A DNA stretch of 31,435 bases from a bacterium (GTDB lineage Bacteria > SZUA-182 > DTGQ01). Where the stretch lies: contig JBFMGO010000074.1 of assembly GCA_040752695.1 (NCBI GenBank), positions 1 through 31,435 of the forward strand, read 5' to 3'. Positions 18,542 through 27,153 of this stretch are shown in pieces. Position numbers and translations under genes: made by a program. The number at the start of each line of letters is the position of its first letter. The first letter of the stretch is position 1. The notes beneath the pieces were generated by a model that made no database searches, was not told the origin of the DNA, and saw only the letters and a list, made by a program, of their open reading frames with translations.

Positions 18542-18736
18542 ATTTTGAAAGTCTCTCTGAAGTAATGAATCCAACGTTACATAAGGGAGCTCTCTCCCGT
18601 TACCGGTTCAATTCCCCTGCCGGTCCGCCTGGTAAAAAATTAAACAGCGGTTGTTTTTGAGCCATCCTTCTTCTTTTTCAGTCTATGTCCTGAAATCTCC
18701 AATAGTTAGCCTGATGTCCCTGCTTTGAAGAAAAGT

Positions 18737-18752
18737 TGGCATAGAATTTGCT
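18737..18752 (+). promoter_or_regulatory. Sigma54 (-24/-12) promoter
   Basis: TGGCAT-AGAAT-TTGCT upstream of the 18834 ORF. Confidence 0.75.
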
Positions 18753-18833
18753 TGCTAAAAAACCAAAAGGTTTTTCGGCAAACTCATGACCTGAAAATAG
18801 TGTTCATAGTGTTCTTTGAGGAGGCTCTTATTT

Positions 18834-19073
18834 ATGGGATATCCGGAGATCAACACCTTATTAAATTTCTGCAAGGAATACTTTCTCAACCGCTATAATG
18901 AAAATCTCACAGACCAGGAGTTTCAGGAGCGATCTTTAAACCTTCTTGAACGATTGCACAAATACTGTCAAGGCGAATCCGTTTATGTTATGGGAGAGGT
19001 GGCTCATTCAGATACCCCCCCTAACTATGACTGGGTCATGAAGAAGGTAATCCGCCCTTTCTTAAAACAGTAA
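18834..19073 (+). CDS. 79-aa hypothetical helical protein
   Basis: SD GAGGAGG upstream of ATG 18834; own sigma54 promoter; fills the gap between minus-strand operons. Confidence 0.7.
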   Translation: MGYPEINTLLNFCKEYFLNRYNENLTDQEFQERSLNLLERLHKYCQGESVYVMGEVAHSDTPPNYDWVMKKVIRPFLKQ

Positions 19074-19109
19074 AAGAATGCGATTGCTCTATGAAGAAGC
19101 TATCAGAAT

Positions 19110-19868
19110 TCATTCCTTTTTCATACTCAAATCACCGAGCACAAACTGAATGATGCTGATAAGAGCTAAAGATGCCGTTTCCGTCCGCAAGATGCGAGGT
19201 CCCAGATGGATGGGCTCAAACCCCTCCTGTCTTGCCAAAAAAACTTCATCCAGAGAGAATCCCCCTTCGGGACCTACCATGACCGATATTTTCTGATTGC
19301 CGCACATCCGGCTCAGAAAATCAGCCAGGGCTGGTCCGGCTCCTTGCTTTTCCCAAAGGAGGATCCGGACCCCGCTTTGCCGGGCAAGGTGCAAGGATTC
19401 CTGAAAGGTACAAAAAGGAAAGATCTGCGGGATATCCGGTCTGCGACATTGCTTGGCAGCCCGAAGAGCGATTTTTGGCCAGCAATGGGCTTTTTTCTGC
19501 TTCTTCTCCCTCTCTTCCAGGGAGGTGGATTTTTTCGATTTGAAGGGGATAATGGCAGAAACTCCCAACTCCGTGGTTTTCTGGATGATCCACTCCATCC
19601 GCTCCTTTTCAGGCAACGCCTGATGAAGGATGATTTCCCGTTCCATCCCTTGAGGCATATCGCCCCTCTCTACGACATGTATCCTGGCCCGCTCGACTGA
19701 TAATTCATCGATCCTGACCCGGAAGTTTTGCAAAGCTGCATCCTTGACCGTGATGATTTCTCCCCTGTGCGGACTCCAGAGCTGCAGGGCTTGGCGGAGA
19801 GATCCGGTCAATGCATACTCCTGCTCCACTTGAAGCGTATCAGGAAGAATGATCCGTGATTTTAACAT
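19110..19868 (-). CDS. rsmE: 16S rRNA m3U1498 methyltransferase RsmE
   Basis: EWIIQKTTELGV, AAKQCRRPDIP, VGPEGGFS, LGPRILRTETA. Confidence 0.95.
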   Translation of the reverse strand: MLKSRIILPDTLQVEQEYALTGSLRQALQLWSPHRGEIITVKDAALQNFRVRIDELSVERARIHVVERGDMPQGMEREIILHQALPEKERMEWIIQKTTELGVSAIIPFKSKKSTSLEEREKKQKKAHCWPKIALRAAKQCRRPDIPQIFPFCTFQESLHLARQSGVRILLWEKQGAGPALADFLSRMCGNQKISVMVGPEGGFSLDEVFLARQEGFEPIHLGPRILRTETASLALISIIQFVLGDLSMKKE

Positions 19869-19909
19869 AGCCTAGCCGAATCAGGAAGAATGATCCGTGA
19901 TTTTAACAT
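19839..19909. repeat. Exact 30-bp direct duplication of the first 10 codons of rsmE
   Basis: atcaggaagaatgatccgtgattttaacat at 19839-19868 and 19880-19909. Confidence 0.95.
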
Positions 19910-20633
19910 GGCCGACGGAGAGGCTTCTTTGAATTTGCCTCAATATGCCACGCAGAACCTTTACTTCCCTGCCGGTAAGGGTTTTGTGGTATAGCATCTC
20001 TTTGATTGAAAGCATCATGTGCCTTGAGTTCTCCGGGGTGATAAACCCGATTTCCCCCAACACCTGCCCGAGGTGGAAGAAAAGGTCCTGAAGTTCTCCC
20101 TGACGGGCCAGCCTTGGTTGACGGGGCTGCGGCATTTGGGCAAAGGCATCCTCCTCCCGACTCCGGAAAAGCTCCCAGGCCATGACCATAACCGCCTGGG
20201 AGAGGTTCAAAGAGCAAAACCCTCGTTGCGTAGGTATGGTAACTGCCTGATGGCAAAAGCTCATTTCGTCAGTTGTCAGCCCGTATTTTTCCGATCCGAA
20301 GACAAAGGCTACCTTGTGTTCCCGGCTCATGGAAGCTGCTGTCCGGGCAATCTGCTGGGGAGAGGAGATATCCTGCTGATACCGCCTCTTGCGGGCCGTA
20401 GTGCCGACAACCCAGTGAATATCCGAAAGTGCATCCTTAAGACTGGTCTCGATCCTTGCCTGCTCAAGTAAATCCTCTGCACCGCAAGCCATCTGGATGG
20501 CATCAAGCCAGTTTACAGGCCGTGGATTGACCATTCGCAGGTCCAAAAAGCCCATATTCTTCATAGCCCTGGCTACGGCTCCCACATTACCCGAATTTTT
20601 GGGAGAAACCAGCACGAAAGAAATATTTTCCAT
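19881..20633 (-). CDS. trmJ: tRNA (C32/U32) 2'-O-methyltransferase, TrmJ/LasT family (alternative start 20672)
   Basis: FVLVSPKNSGNVGAVARAMKNMG, VGTTAR, VFGSEKYGLT, SLNLSQAV, REVKVLRGI. Confidence 0.92.
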   Translation of the reverse strand: MENISFVLVSPKNSGNVGAVARAMKNMGFLDLRMVNPRPVNWLDAIQMACGAEDLLEQARIETSLKDALSDIHWVVGTTARKRRYQQDISSPQQIARTAASMSREHKVAFVFGSEKYGLTTDEMSFCHQAVTIPTQRGFCSLNLSQAVMVMAWELFRSREEDAFAQMPQPRQPRLARQGELQDLFFHLGQVLGEIGFITPENSRHMMLSIKEMLYHKTLTGREVKVLRGILRQIQRSLSVGHVKITDHSS

Positions 20634-20802
20634 CCGTATGCTCCCATGGGGGAATAGAATTTGTGCAGGCATAAAAATATCCTTTCCTAATCTTACGCAG
20701 TAGTATATCATAAACGAGATGAAGGTGTGAAAAAAATGCAAGGGACATACAAGCTAAGGGGCATAGGGTGAGAGGTCAAAATTCAAGGGACAGGGATTAT
20801 CA

Positions 20803-21399
20803 TTGCAGACCATTATCGGAGACAGTTCCTCTTTGATTTATTTGAGTAAGGTCAACCTGCTTCGCTCCTATGCTCGGATCGTCAGTCTGGTCATCTCTTC
20901 CCAGGTTTACGAGGAGTGCACGCGACAGCTCTGGTCCGAGGATGCCCGAAAGATCCGGAGCCTGGTTCAGGAGAAGATCATAACGCTTTGCCAGGTCCCT
21001 GAAGTGAACCAGCTTGCCCTGCCTCATCTGGGAGCCGGAGAAAAAAGCACGATTGAGCTTTACTACCTGCTGAAAGCTGACTCGGTCATAATCGACGACC
21101 GCAAGGGTATCCGAATGTGCAAAAAACTCCGGATACCCTTTCTCTGTGCGATCCTGGTGCCCGGAATGCTTCAGCAGAGCCATATGCTCAGCGGCCCGGA
21201 TGAAACGGACCAATTCATTGAAAAAATATGCCAGATCGGCAGATATGGCGAGTGGATTATTCAATACGCCAGGGAAAATAAACCGCCAAAACCGGATAAA
21301 CTCGTTGAAAAAGGTACTCATACATGTTTACAGGAGACAGATCAGGAGATAGATAATGAAATGGCTTCAGTTGACCATACCGATTTCTCCTCAGATTGA
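20803..21399 (+). CDS. PIN-domain nuclease (DUF3368-like)
   Basis: IIGDSSSLIYL, VYEE, LGAGEKSTI, VIIDDRKG; acidic PIN residues intact; TTG start. Confidence 0.8.
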   Translation: MQTIIGDSSSLIYLSKVNLLRSYARIVSLVISSQVYEECTRQLWSEDARKIRSLVQEKIITLCQVPEVNQLALPHLGAGEKSTIELYYLLKADSVIIDDRKGIRMCKKLRIPFLCAILVPGMLQQSHMLSGPDETDQFIEKICQIGRYGEWIIQYARENKPPKPDKLVEKGTHTCLQETDQEIDNEMASVDHTDFSSD

Positions 21400-22228
21400 G
21401 GACGCCTGCGTTAATCGTGTCCACGAACTTGACGCTACGGCAGTGTTCACGGATTCCTCTCCAGGCAGCACTCTTTCCTTTTTGCATGGGATTTTCCCCC
21501 TTGAAGCAAATCGGGAATGGATTGAACAGGCTATAAGGATCTATCTTGCCTCTTTGCAGGACCTGGGATTCGAGGTTCCTGACCTTAAGTTTACCATTCG
21601 GGAAATCGACGAGGACGACTACCTGTACCGGTGGAAGGAATATTTTCAGCCGATCCACTTTGCCGATACCCTGGTTGTTGAACCGGTCTGGGACATCGAT
21701 CACGCCCGGCCTGGAGAAAAGGTACTCAGGATCGACCCGGGCATGGCCTTTGGAACAGGGCAGCACTTTACGACTCAGTTTTGTCTCGAATGGATCTGTG
21801 AGCACAAGGATCATCTTAACAGCCTCGCTGATCTTGGCTGCGGATCAGGAATCCTGTCCATTGCCGCATCCCTTTTGGGAGTGAAGCAGGTTGTGGCCCT
21901 TGATCATGACCCTTTGGCCATGCATGCTGCTTTGCAGGGCATGATGCTCAACAGGATCCAAAAGGGTGTTTTTCTGATTGCCGCCGATGTTTTATCTCTT
22001 CCACTAAAGGGCACCTTTGATGCAGTTATTGCCAATCTCCACACCAGCCTTCTGCTTCAGGTCAAAGAAATCCTGGAGGCACTCCTTCGCCCCGGAGCTT
22101 CTTTAGTCCTGACCGGTATCGGGTATGCCCGGCAACAAGAGGTCCTGAAGCGGTATTCAAGTCTTCGCCTGCAAACAATTCAGGAAGATCCGCAAAAAGA
22201 ATGGGTAGGGATCTGGTACACGAAGTAA
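21356..22228 (+). CDS. prmA: Ribosomal protein L11 methyltransferase
   Basis: WKEYFQP, IDPGMAFGTGQH.TT, DLGCGSGILSIAA, VIANL. Confidence 0.95.
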   Translation: MKWLQLTIPISPQIEDACVNRVHELDATAVFTDSSPGSTLSFLHGIFPLEANREWIEQAIRIYLASLQDLGFEVPDLKFTIREIDEDDYLYRWKEYFQPIHFADTLVVEPVWDIDHARPGEKVLRIDPGMAFGTGQHFTTQFCLEWICEHKDHLNSLADLGCGSGILSIAASLLGVKQVVALDHDPLAMHAALQGMMLNRIQKGVFLIAADVLSLPLKGTFDAVIANLHTSLLLQVKEILEALLRPGASLVLTGIGYARQQEVLKRYSSLRLQTIQEDPQKEWVGIWYTK

Positions 22229-22249
22229 TTACGGGTTTTCTGGATGCAC

Positions 22250-22490
22250 AGGCCAGCACAGCCTTGTATACAGCAGCCAGCCGGCAGCATCCCGCCACTC
22301 GCTGTCAGCATAGCATCCAGTATCCAGCCGCCGGCATCGAATCCGGCAGCATCCAGCCGCCGGCAGCAATCTGCCAGTAGCTATATCCGCCGGTATCTAT
22401 CCTGCCAGAACCTTACCGTTAGCAGCTACCTGCCGGCATCCAACCGCCGGCAGCAATCTATCAAATATTCCGCCTCCAGTATCCAGCATC
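22250..22490 (+). repeat. Low-complexity (C/T)ATCCAG / CCGGCAGC repeat tract
   Basis: Repeated agcatccagtatccagc units; 23-bp near-identical copies at 22350-22372 and 22437-22459. Confidence 0.7.
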
Positions 22491-22509
22491 TTTCCCTTGC
22501 CGCATTTTA

Positions 22510-22525
22510 TGGCATAAACCTTGCT
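22510..22525 (+). promoter_or_regulatory. Sigma54 (-24/-12) promoter of the downstream activator gene
   Basis: TGGCAT-AAACC-TTGCT, 50 nt before ATG 22575. Confidence 0.75.
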
Positions 22526-22574
22526 TTTTGTATGAACTGAAAATTTTTATGGATTAAAAACAGCAAGAGAGGGA

Positions 22575-23606
22575 ATGGGAATGGCGATTCAGTACCAATG
22601 CGACGAAGTTTCCAATATCTTGGGGAAAAGTGAGAAAATTCGAGAGATCTGTAGACTGATCGGAGTGGTGGCTAAGACCAAAGCCACGGTCCTGGTTCAA
22701 GGTGAGAGTGGAACTGGTAAGGAATTGGTAGCTAACGCTATCCATGCCCATAGTCTGCGATCCAATAAGCCTTTTATAAAGGTAAATTGTGCAGCTCTCA
22801 GTGATACCCTTTTGGAAAGTGAGCTCTTCGGTCATAGAAAGGGATCCTTTACCGGTGCCTTTGAAAGCAGAAAGGGACGATTCGAATTGGCTGACGGAGG
22901 GACCATTCTCCTTGACGAGATTGGAAATATGTCTTTTCCGGGTCAGGCCAAGCTTCTGCGAGTCTTGCAGGAGGATGAAATCGTGCCGGTTGGAGTATCT
23001 ACTCCGATCAAAGTGGATGTCAGGGTAATAGCCACTACAAACGTGATCTTGAAAAAAGCTTCTGAAAATGGCGCCTTTCGGGAAGATCTCTACTACCGCT
23101 TAAGCGTGGTCACTATCTTCCTGCCTCCCCTTCGGGAAAGGAAGGAGGATATACCGATACTGGTAAACCGTTTTATCCAGTTGGATCATTGCAGAGCAAA
23201 CCGTAAGGTGAAAAGGGTGTCCAATGAGGCTATGGACATACTCGTCTCCTACAATTGGCCGGGAAATATCCGCGAGTTGAAAAATGTCGTTGAGAACTCA
23301 GTAATTATGGAAAGCAGCGATACCATTCAGATTCAATCTCTGCCGCATTACCTGCTCACCGAGAACCGGCAGAAAACGATACCGCCTGAACATGAGTTTA
23401 ACCTGAAGATGCAGTTAAAAACCTATGAACGGCAGCTTATTCTCAAGGCATTGAATAAGGCAAATTGGGTAAAGACCAGAGCCTCCAAGCTGCTGGGGAT
23501 CGATCAGCGCAATCTCAGCTACTTTATCAAGAAGCACCATATCCTTGACCCGGAAGAAAGAAGAAGAGCCAGGGGGAGTCTAAACTCCATGGATTCTATG
23601 AAGTGA
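22575..23606 (+). CDS. Sigma54 enhancer-binding protein with no N-terminal regulatory domain (AAA+ + Fis-HTH)
   Basis: AAA+ domain begins around residue 14; [65 protein letters not shown]. Confidence 0.93.
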   Translation: MGMAIQYQCDEVSNILGKSEKIREICRLIGVVAKTKATVLVQGESGTGKELVANAIHAHSLRSNKPFIKVNCAALSDTLLESELFGHRKGSFTGAFESRKGRFELADGGTILLDEIGNMSFPGQAKLLRVLQEDEIVPVGVSTPIKVDVRVIATTNVILKKASENGAFREDLYYRLSVVTIFLPPLRERKEDIPILVNRFIQLDHCRANRKVKRVSNEAMDILVSYNWPGNIRELKNVVENSVIMESSDTIQIQSLPHYLLTENRQKTIPPEHEFNLKMQLKTYERQLILKALNKANWVKTRASKLLGIDQRNLSYFIKKHHILDPEERRRARGSLNSMDSMK

Positions 23607-23809
23607 TTCATAAAAACACCGGAAGGTAAAAGGCTATTTTACATAATGACTTACTCCGATCGCCAGCCAGAATGGTTTTCGGCAGGTCGTAAAAAACGTA
23701 AATAACCGCTTGGATGGATAGGGTCTGCTTATTATTTAAATGGACTTGGATTAATAGATAAGATATTTAATTACAATATGTTGTCGTAAACACGAAAAAA
23801 AATAAGAGT

Positions 23810-23825
23810 TGGTATTTCTCTTGCA
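23810..23825 (+). promoter_or_regulatory. Sigma54 (-24/-12) promoter
   Basis: TGGTAT-TTCTC-TTGCA; upstream repeated GTCGTAAA boxes at 23686 and 23783 are candidate activator sites. Confidence 0.6.
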
Positions 23826-23870
23826 GATAAGGGAATGCATGGTTAAGGGAAAAGATAGCCAATAATACCA

Positions 23871-23998
23871 TTTATGATAAAAGGCTTAACTATTAACATC
23901 CCCCCCAATGGGTAGGCCGGCGTTTGACCGGAAGAAGCGGCTGCTTGTCAGTCGCTCCTACCCATTGCCCGTTATCATAAAAAAGTTAGTTAAGGAGG
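23871..23998 (+). ncRNA. Candidate structured 5' leader RNA (three-way junction)
   Basis: Nested stems 23871-80/23972-81, 23906-16/23957-67, 23917-20/23928-31, 23936-43/23949-56 ending next to the SD. Confidence 0.45.
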
Positions 23999-24008
23999 AT
24001 GATCCATA

Positions 24009-24764
24009 ATGGGGGATCTGTTAATCTTACTTGTAAGTAAAGATTCCTTTGCAGATTATATCTGTAATTATCTATTAATGGATGGTCACTACGTTGATGT
24101 TGTTGAAAATGTCGAAGCGGCAAAATTTATGGTTCAGGTCCGTAAATATGATCTTCTCATTGTCAGCTATGAGATTTCCAGGGAAGAGGAAATTGCTGTT
24201 AACAAGCAAATGCAACGCATTGATCCAGCACTCAAGATCATTTTTCTGTTCAGGCTGCTTACTCAAAAAGCTCTCGAGATCTCCCAACTGGATCAACCCA
24301 ATACGTGCCCGATAAAATCTTTTGTACTGAAACATCTGCCCATCCTGGTCAGAGAGGTTCAGTTCACCAAGGAATTCGAGAGCGATCCGCCGCCCAGCAT
24401 TGTGCTTAATGACCGAAGGAAGGAGATCCGTGCTTCAACCAAGATCCTGGTTAAGTACCACTTCAGTGATACCTATGACAGATTCCAGGAGGAAATGATC
24501 TCAAAGGGTATGGATTTAAGTAAAGAGGGAATTAAACTGGTAGTAAATGATTCAACGAGAATACTCCCTTATGTCACGCTGAATATCCTGCTCCCCTTCT
24601 CTGCAGATCCAATCCATATTTTGGGGGAAATAAAATGGGCCAGGGGGCATTTGCGGTTCCCCTGGAAGGATGTGGGAGTGAAGTTCTTTAATATCAAGAC
24701 TGAAGATATCCTCAGAATTACGGACTATATCAATCTGGCTTTTCGAAGACCCTTCATTCACTGA
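24009..24764 (+). CDS. Pseudo-receiver + PilZ (c-di-GMP-binding) protein
   Basis: Receiver-like LLILLVSKD...YDLLIVSY without the phospho-Asp; PilZ motifs RRKEIR and DLSKEG, GEIKW, GVKF. Confidence 0.82.
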   Translation: MGDLLILLVSKDSFADYICNYLLMDGHYVDVVENVEAAKFMVQVRKYDLLIVSYEISREEEIAVNKQMQRIDPALKIIFLFRLLTQKALEISQLDQPNTCPIKSFVLKHLPILVREVQFTKEFESDPPPSIVLNDRRKEIRASTKILVKYHFSDTYDRFQEEMISKGMDLSKEGIKLVVNDSTRILPYVTLNILLPFSADPIHILGEIKWARGHLRFPWKDVGVKFFNIKTEDILRITDYINLAFRRPFIH

Positions 24765-24859
24765 CCCTGCGTCTCTTTCCTTGCCCTTCTTCCGGAAGTT
24801 CCCCCGTGAGCGGGGCGGATATCTCGATTTTTCCGGTAAAAGAGCCACTGCATCTTTGT

Positions 24860-24888
24860 GTCATAATTTTTCATGGGTCATAATTTTT
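24860..24888 (+). promoter_or_regulatory. Direct repeat GTCATAATTTTT x2, candidate regulator/enhancer sites
   Basis: Identical 12-mers at 24860-24871 and 24877-24888. Confidence 0.35.
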
Positions 24889-25019
24889 TATATGTCACTC
24901 GTTGACCTCTAAAACGGCATAATGCTGAATCCACCCTGCTCATCGAAAAGGAAGGAGCATAGGTGTCTTTGGAAGATAGTGCCTCTTCATAGCCAAGTTT
25001 GTGAAGACTGGATTCTAAG

Positions 25020-25036
25020 CTTTCGCTCAGAATGAC
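25020..25036 (+). repeat. REP-like half-site CTTTCGCTCAGAATGAC
   Basis: Identical to 18525-18541. Confidence 0.55.
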
Positions 25037-25414
25037 GAAATGGCAGACCACAAATTTAAGAGTGAAGAGGCAGTAGTTCGATCATGCGAAATTCGCTATA
25101 GTATAATCCAAATGCAGGAGGAATCCAAGGTGTTAATGCGTAGTACATGCTGCATCTGGAAATCGTTATAAAGCGTAGAACTTATCCGATTTTTCATATA
25201 CTTTATACTCACGTACAACTACTTGATAATGTAAGGTTAAGTTCTGTAGTAACCCTTGCTCCCCCCATGAATCAATCCCATCCTCATCTTGTCCAAGGCA
25301 AGAGAATAATCTGCCTGCCTTTGGCGATAAGAACCTGGATTTATTGATAAAAAGCTGACACTTGCCAGTATCTTGCGTGTTCATCTTGAGAGCCGCCTTT
25401 CCTCATCCGGGCTC

Positions 25415-25430
25415 CGGCACGGTAATTGCT
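25415..25430 (+). promoter_or_regulatory. Sigma54 (-24/-12) promoter
   Basis: CGGCAC-GGTAA-TTGCT about 295 nt upstream of the GGLY-protein ATG. Confidence 0.65.
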
Positions 25431-25723
25431 TTTTACCAAAATGAACTAATATCAAGGATGGTTCGCGTGGTATAAGATCCATTCGGGATTTGTAATCCGG
25501 TTATTGGCTGCATGAGTTTAAAAGCCAATACCAATTTAGATCAGATCAAGGAGGTGAGTGACGCCGGTTCTCATTTTGCTTTTCATCTGTTCACTGTTTC
25601 TCCATAGATAAAGAATAGCGCTCCGGATAATGGAGCAGCGGGATTTACCTATTGAAAATTCAGGTTTCTTAAGTTCAAGTTCCTAATACACCGAGGTTGG
25701 GAGAGAGGGAGGAATATCCTACT

Positions 25724-26548
25724 ATGAACATGTCAAGAGCTAAAAATTTCTTAGTGATTTCTCTATTCTTATTTGCTCTTTCGCTCACTGGATTGCAGAG
25801 AACTTCCTATGCCTACTATGGTGGCCTCTATGGTATAAGCAGTCTTTATGGCGGATTATACGGCGGTATTGGTGGCCTTTACGGTCTGGGTGGGTTGTAT
25901 GGTGGGTTGTATGGCGGGTTGTATGGCGGGTTGTACGGTGGCCTCTACGGCGGATTATACGGCGGAATCAGCAGTCTTTACGGCCTGGGCGGGTTATATG
26001 GCGGCCTGTATGGCGGATATGGCGGCCTGTATGGTGGTGGAATCAGTCCATTTGGATTGCAGAATATGTACTTTCCTATTGAAACCGGGACAGGATTAAC
26101 CTATGAAGTACCTTTCCTGCAAATTGCTCCACTGCTGGGTGTAGCCGGGCTGTACAACACTCTCTTCCCGAGCTTGTTCGGTCCTGCCTCTTCGTCTGCT
26201 GCAGAACAGGCTGGTACCTGGTCAGGGACATGGACTTCGGGCCTGGTTTCCGGTCCCATTACCATCAACCTTGTTAAGGATCCAATCTTATTGACCTTAA
26301 GTGGCTATGTCCAATTGCTGGGGAATCCCTATCTTGGAACTTTGGTTGATGTCACCGGTACGGTCCTGAACAACCAGGTCCTCCTCAGTGGATCGGGCCT
26401 GGGAATCGGCAGCCAGACCATTAAGATCGATATGGTCTGCACACTGACCTCAACGACAACGATGACCGGTACCTACACCCTGATCAACAGCTCCTCGATT
26501 ATTGATACGGGAAGTTTCAATGCCACGGCGGTTGCACCGGTTGTTTAA
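25724..26548 (+). CDS. Secreted Gly/Tyr/Leu-rich protein with (GGLY)n repeats and a C-terminal beta-rich domain
   Basis: SD GGAGG before ATG 25724; signal peptide ending SYA; 12 GGLY units; AAEQAGTWSGTWTS...GTYTL domain. Confidence 0.88.
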   Translation: MNMSRAKNFLVISLFLFALSLTGLQRTSYAYYGGLYGISSLYGGLYGGIGGLYGLGGLYGGLYGGLYGGLYGGLYGGLYGGISSLYGLGGLYGGLYGGYGGLYGGGISPFGLQNMYFPIETGTGLTYEVPFLQIAPLLGVAGLYNTLFPSLFGPASSSAAEQAGTWSGTWTSGLVSGPITINLVKDPILLTLSGYVQLLGNPYLGTLVDVTGTVLNNQVLLSGSGLGIGSQTIKIDMVCTLTSTTTMTGTYTLINSSSIIDTGSFNATAVAPVV

Positions 26549-26576
26549 TGAATCTTTCATGATGCGTTTCAGAACG

Positions 26577-26667
26577 TGAAACCTGATCTCTTTTCATCAG
26601 GTTTCATCTGCCCTTAAAACATAAGGAAGGTATTAAGGGCTGGCGCAAGAGAAAACGCGCCAGCCCT
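26577..26667. terminator. Two hairpins between convergent genes
   Basis: TGAAACCTGAT/ATCAGGTTTCA (26577-26606) and AGGGCTGGCGC/GCGCCAGCCCT (26636-26667). Confidence 0.6.
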
Positions 26668-26781
26668 CACATACCGAACCCGCAAGACAGCCTGTCGCTT
26701 CTCCAGTATTCGTATTCCCTGGCCTCTTATCTTGTGATATGCCTTACGGTTATTGATCTTCCTTATGATTATGAACTTCTA

Positions 26782-27105
26782 TCAGGCTGAGGCCGCAGCA
26801 GCAGCGGACGAGGGTGCTTTTTCGGCTGCTTTGCTGCCGGTCTTATTCTCGCTTACCGTGTCGCTCTTGGTCTCTGACGTCGTACCGTTTGATTTCTTTT
26901 CCTTGGCAATGCTCTTTTTTCTATCCGGTGAGGGATTGTCAGTTGCATACCAACCGCCGCCTTTCAGGATAAAGGAACACCGGGAAATAAGCCGCTCTAC
27001 GCTTCCGCCGCACATCTGGCAGGAATGTAAGGGTGGATCTACAATCCGCTGATCCACCTCAAAATGGTGGCCACAGTCGTTGCATTTGTATTCGTATACT
27101 GGCAT
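26782..27105 (-). CDS. FmdB-family zinc-ribbon protein
   Basis: [16 protein letters not shown]...CQMCGG...[12 protein letters not shown], low-complexity tail; SD AGGAGG. Confidence 0.93.
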   Translation of the reverse strand: MPVYEYKCNDCGHHFEVDQRIVDPPLHSCQMCGGSVERLISRCSFILKGGGWYATDNPSPDRKKSIAKEKKSNGTTSETKSDTVSENKTGSKAAEKAPSSAAAAASA

Positions 27106-27153
27106 GTCATCCTTCCTCCTTAATTATTGAGATTAAACCCGCGTTGAATATGT

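Noticed and set aside
22244..22540. 98-aa Ser/Gln/Pro/Ala-rich ORF
   Set aside because: Translation of a low-complexity repeat tract; overlaps a sigma54 promoter
23826..24008. Known c-di-GMP-I riboswitch
   Set aside because: The conserved GGCAAAC...GCAAAG pattern is not present
25147..25384. Overlapping short ORFs on both strands
   Set aside because: AT-rich promoter-upstream region with no coding signal I can support
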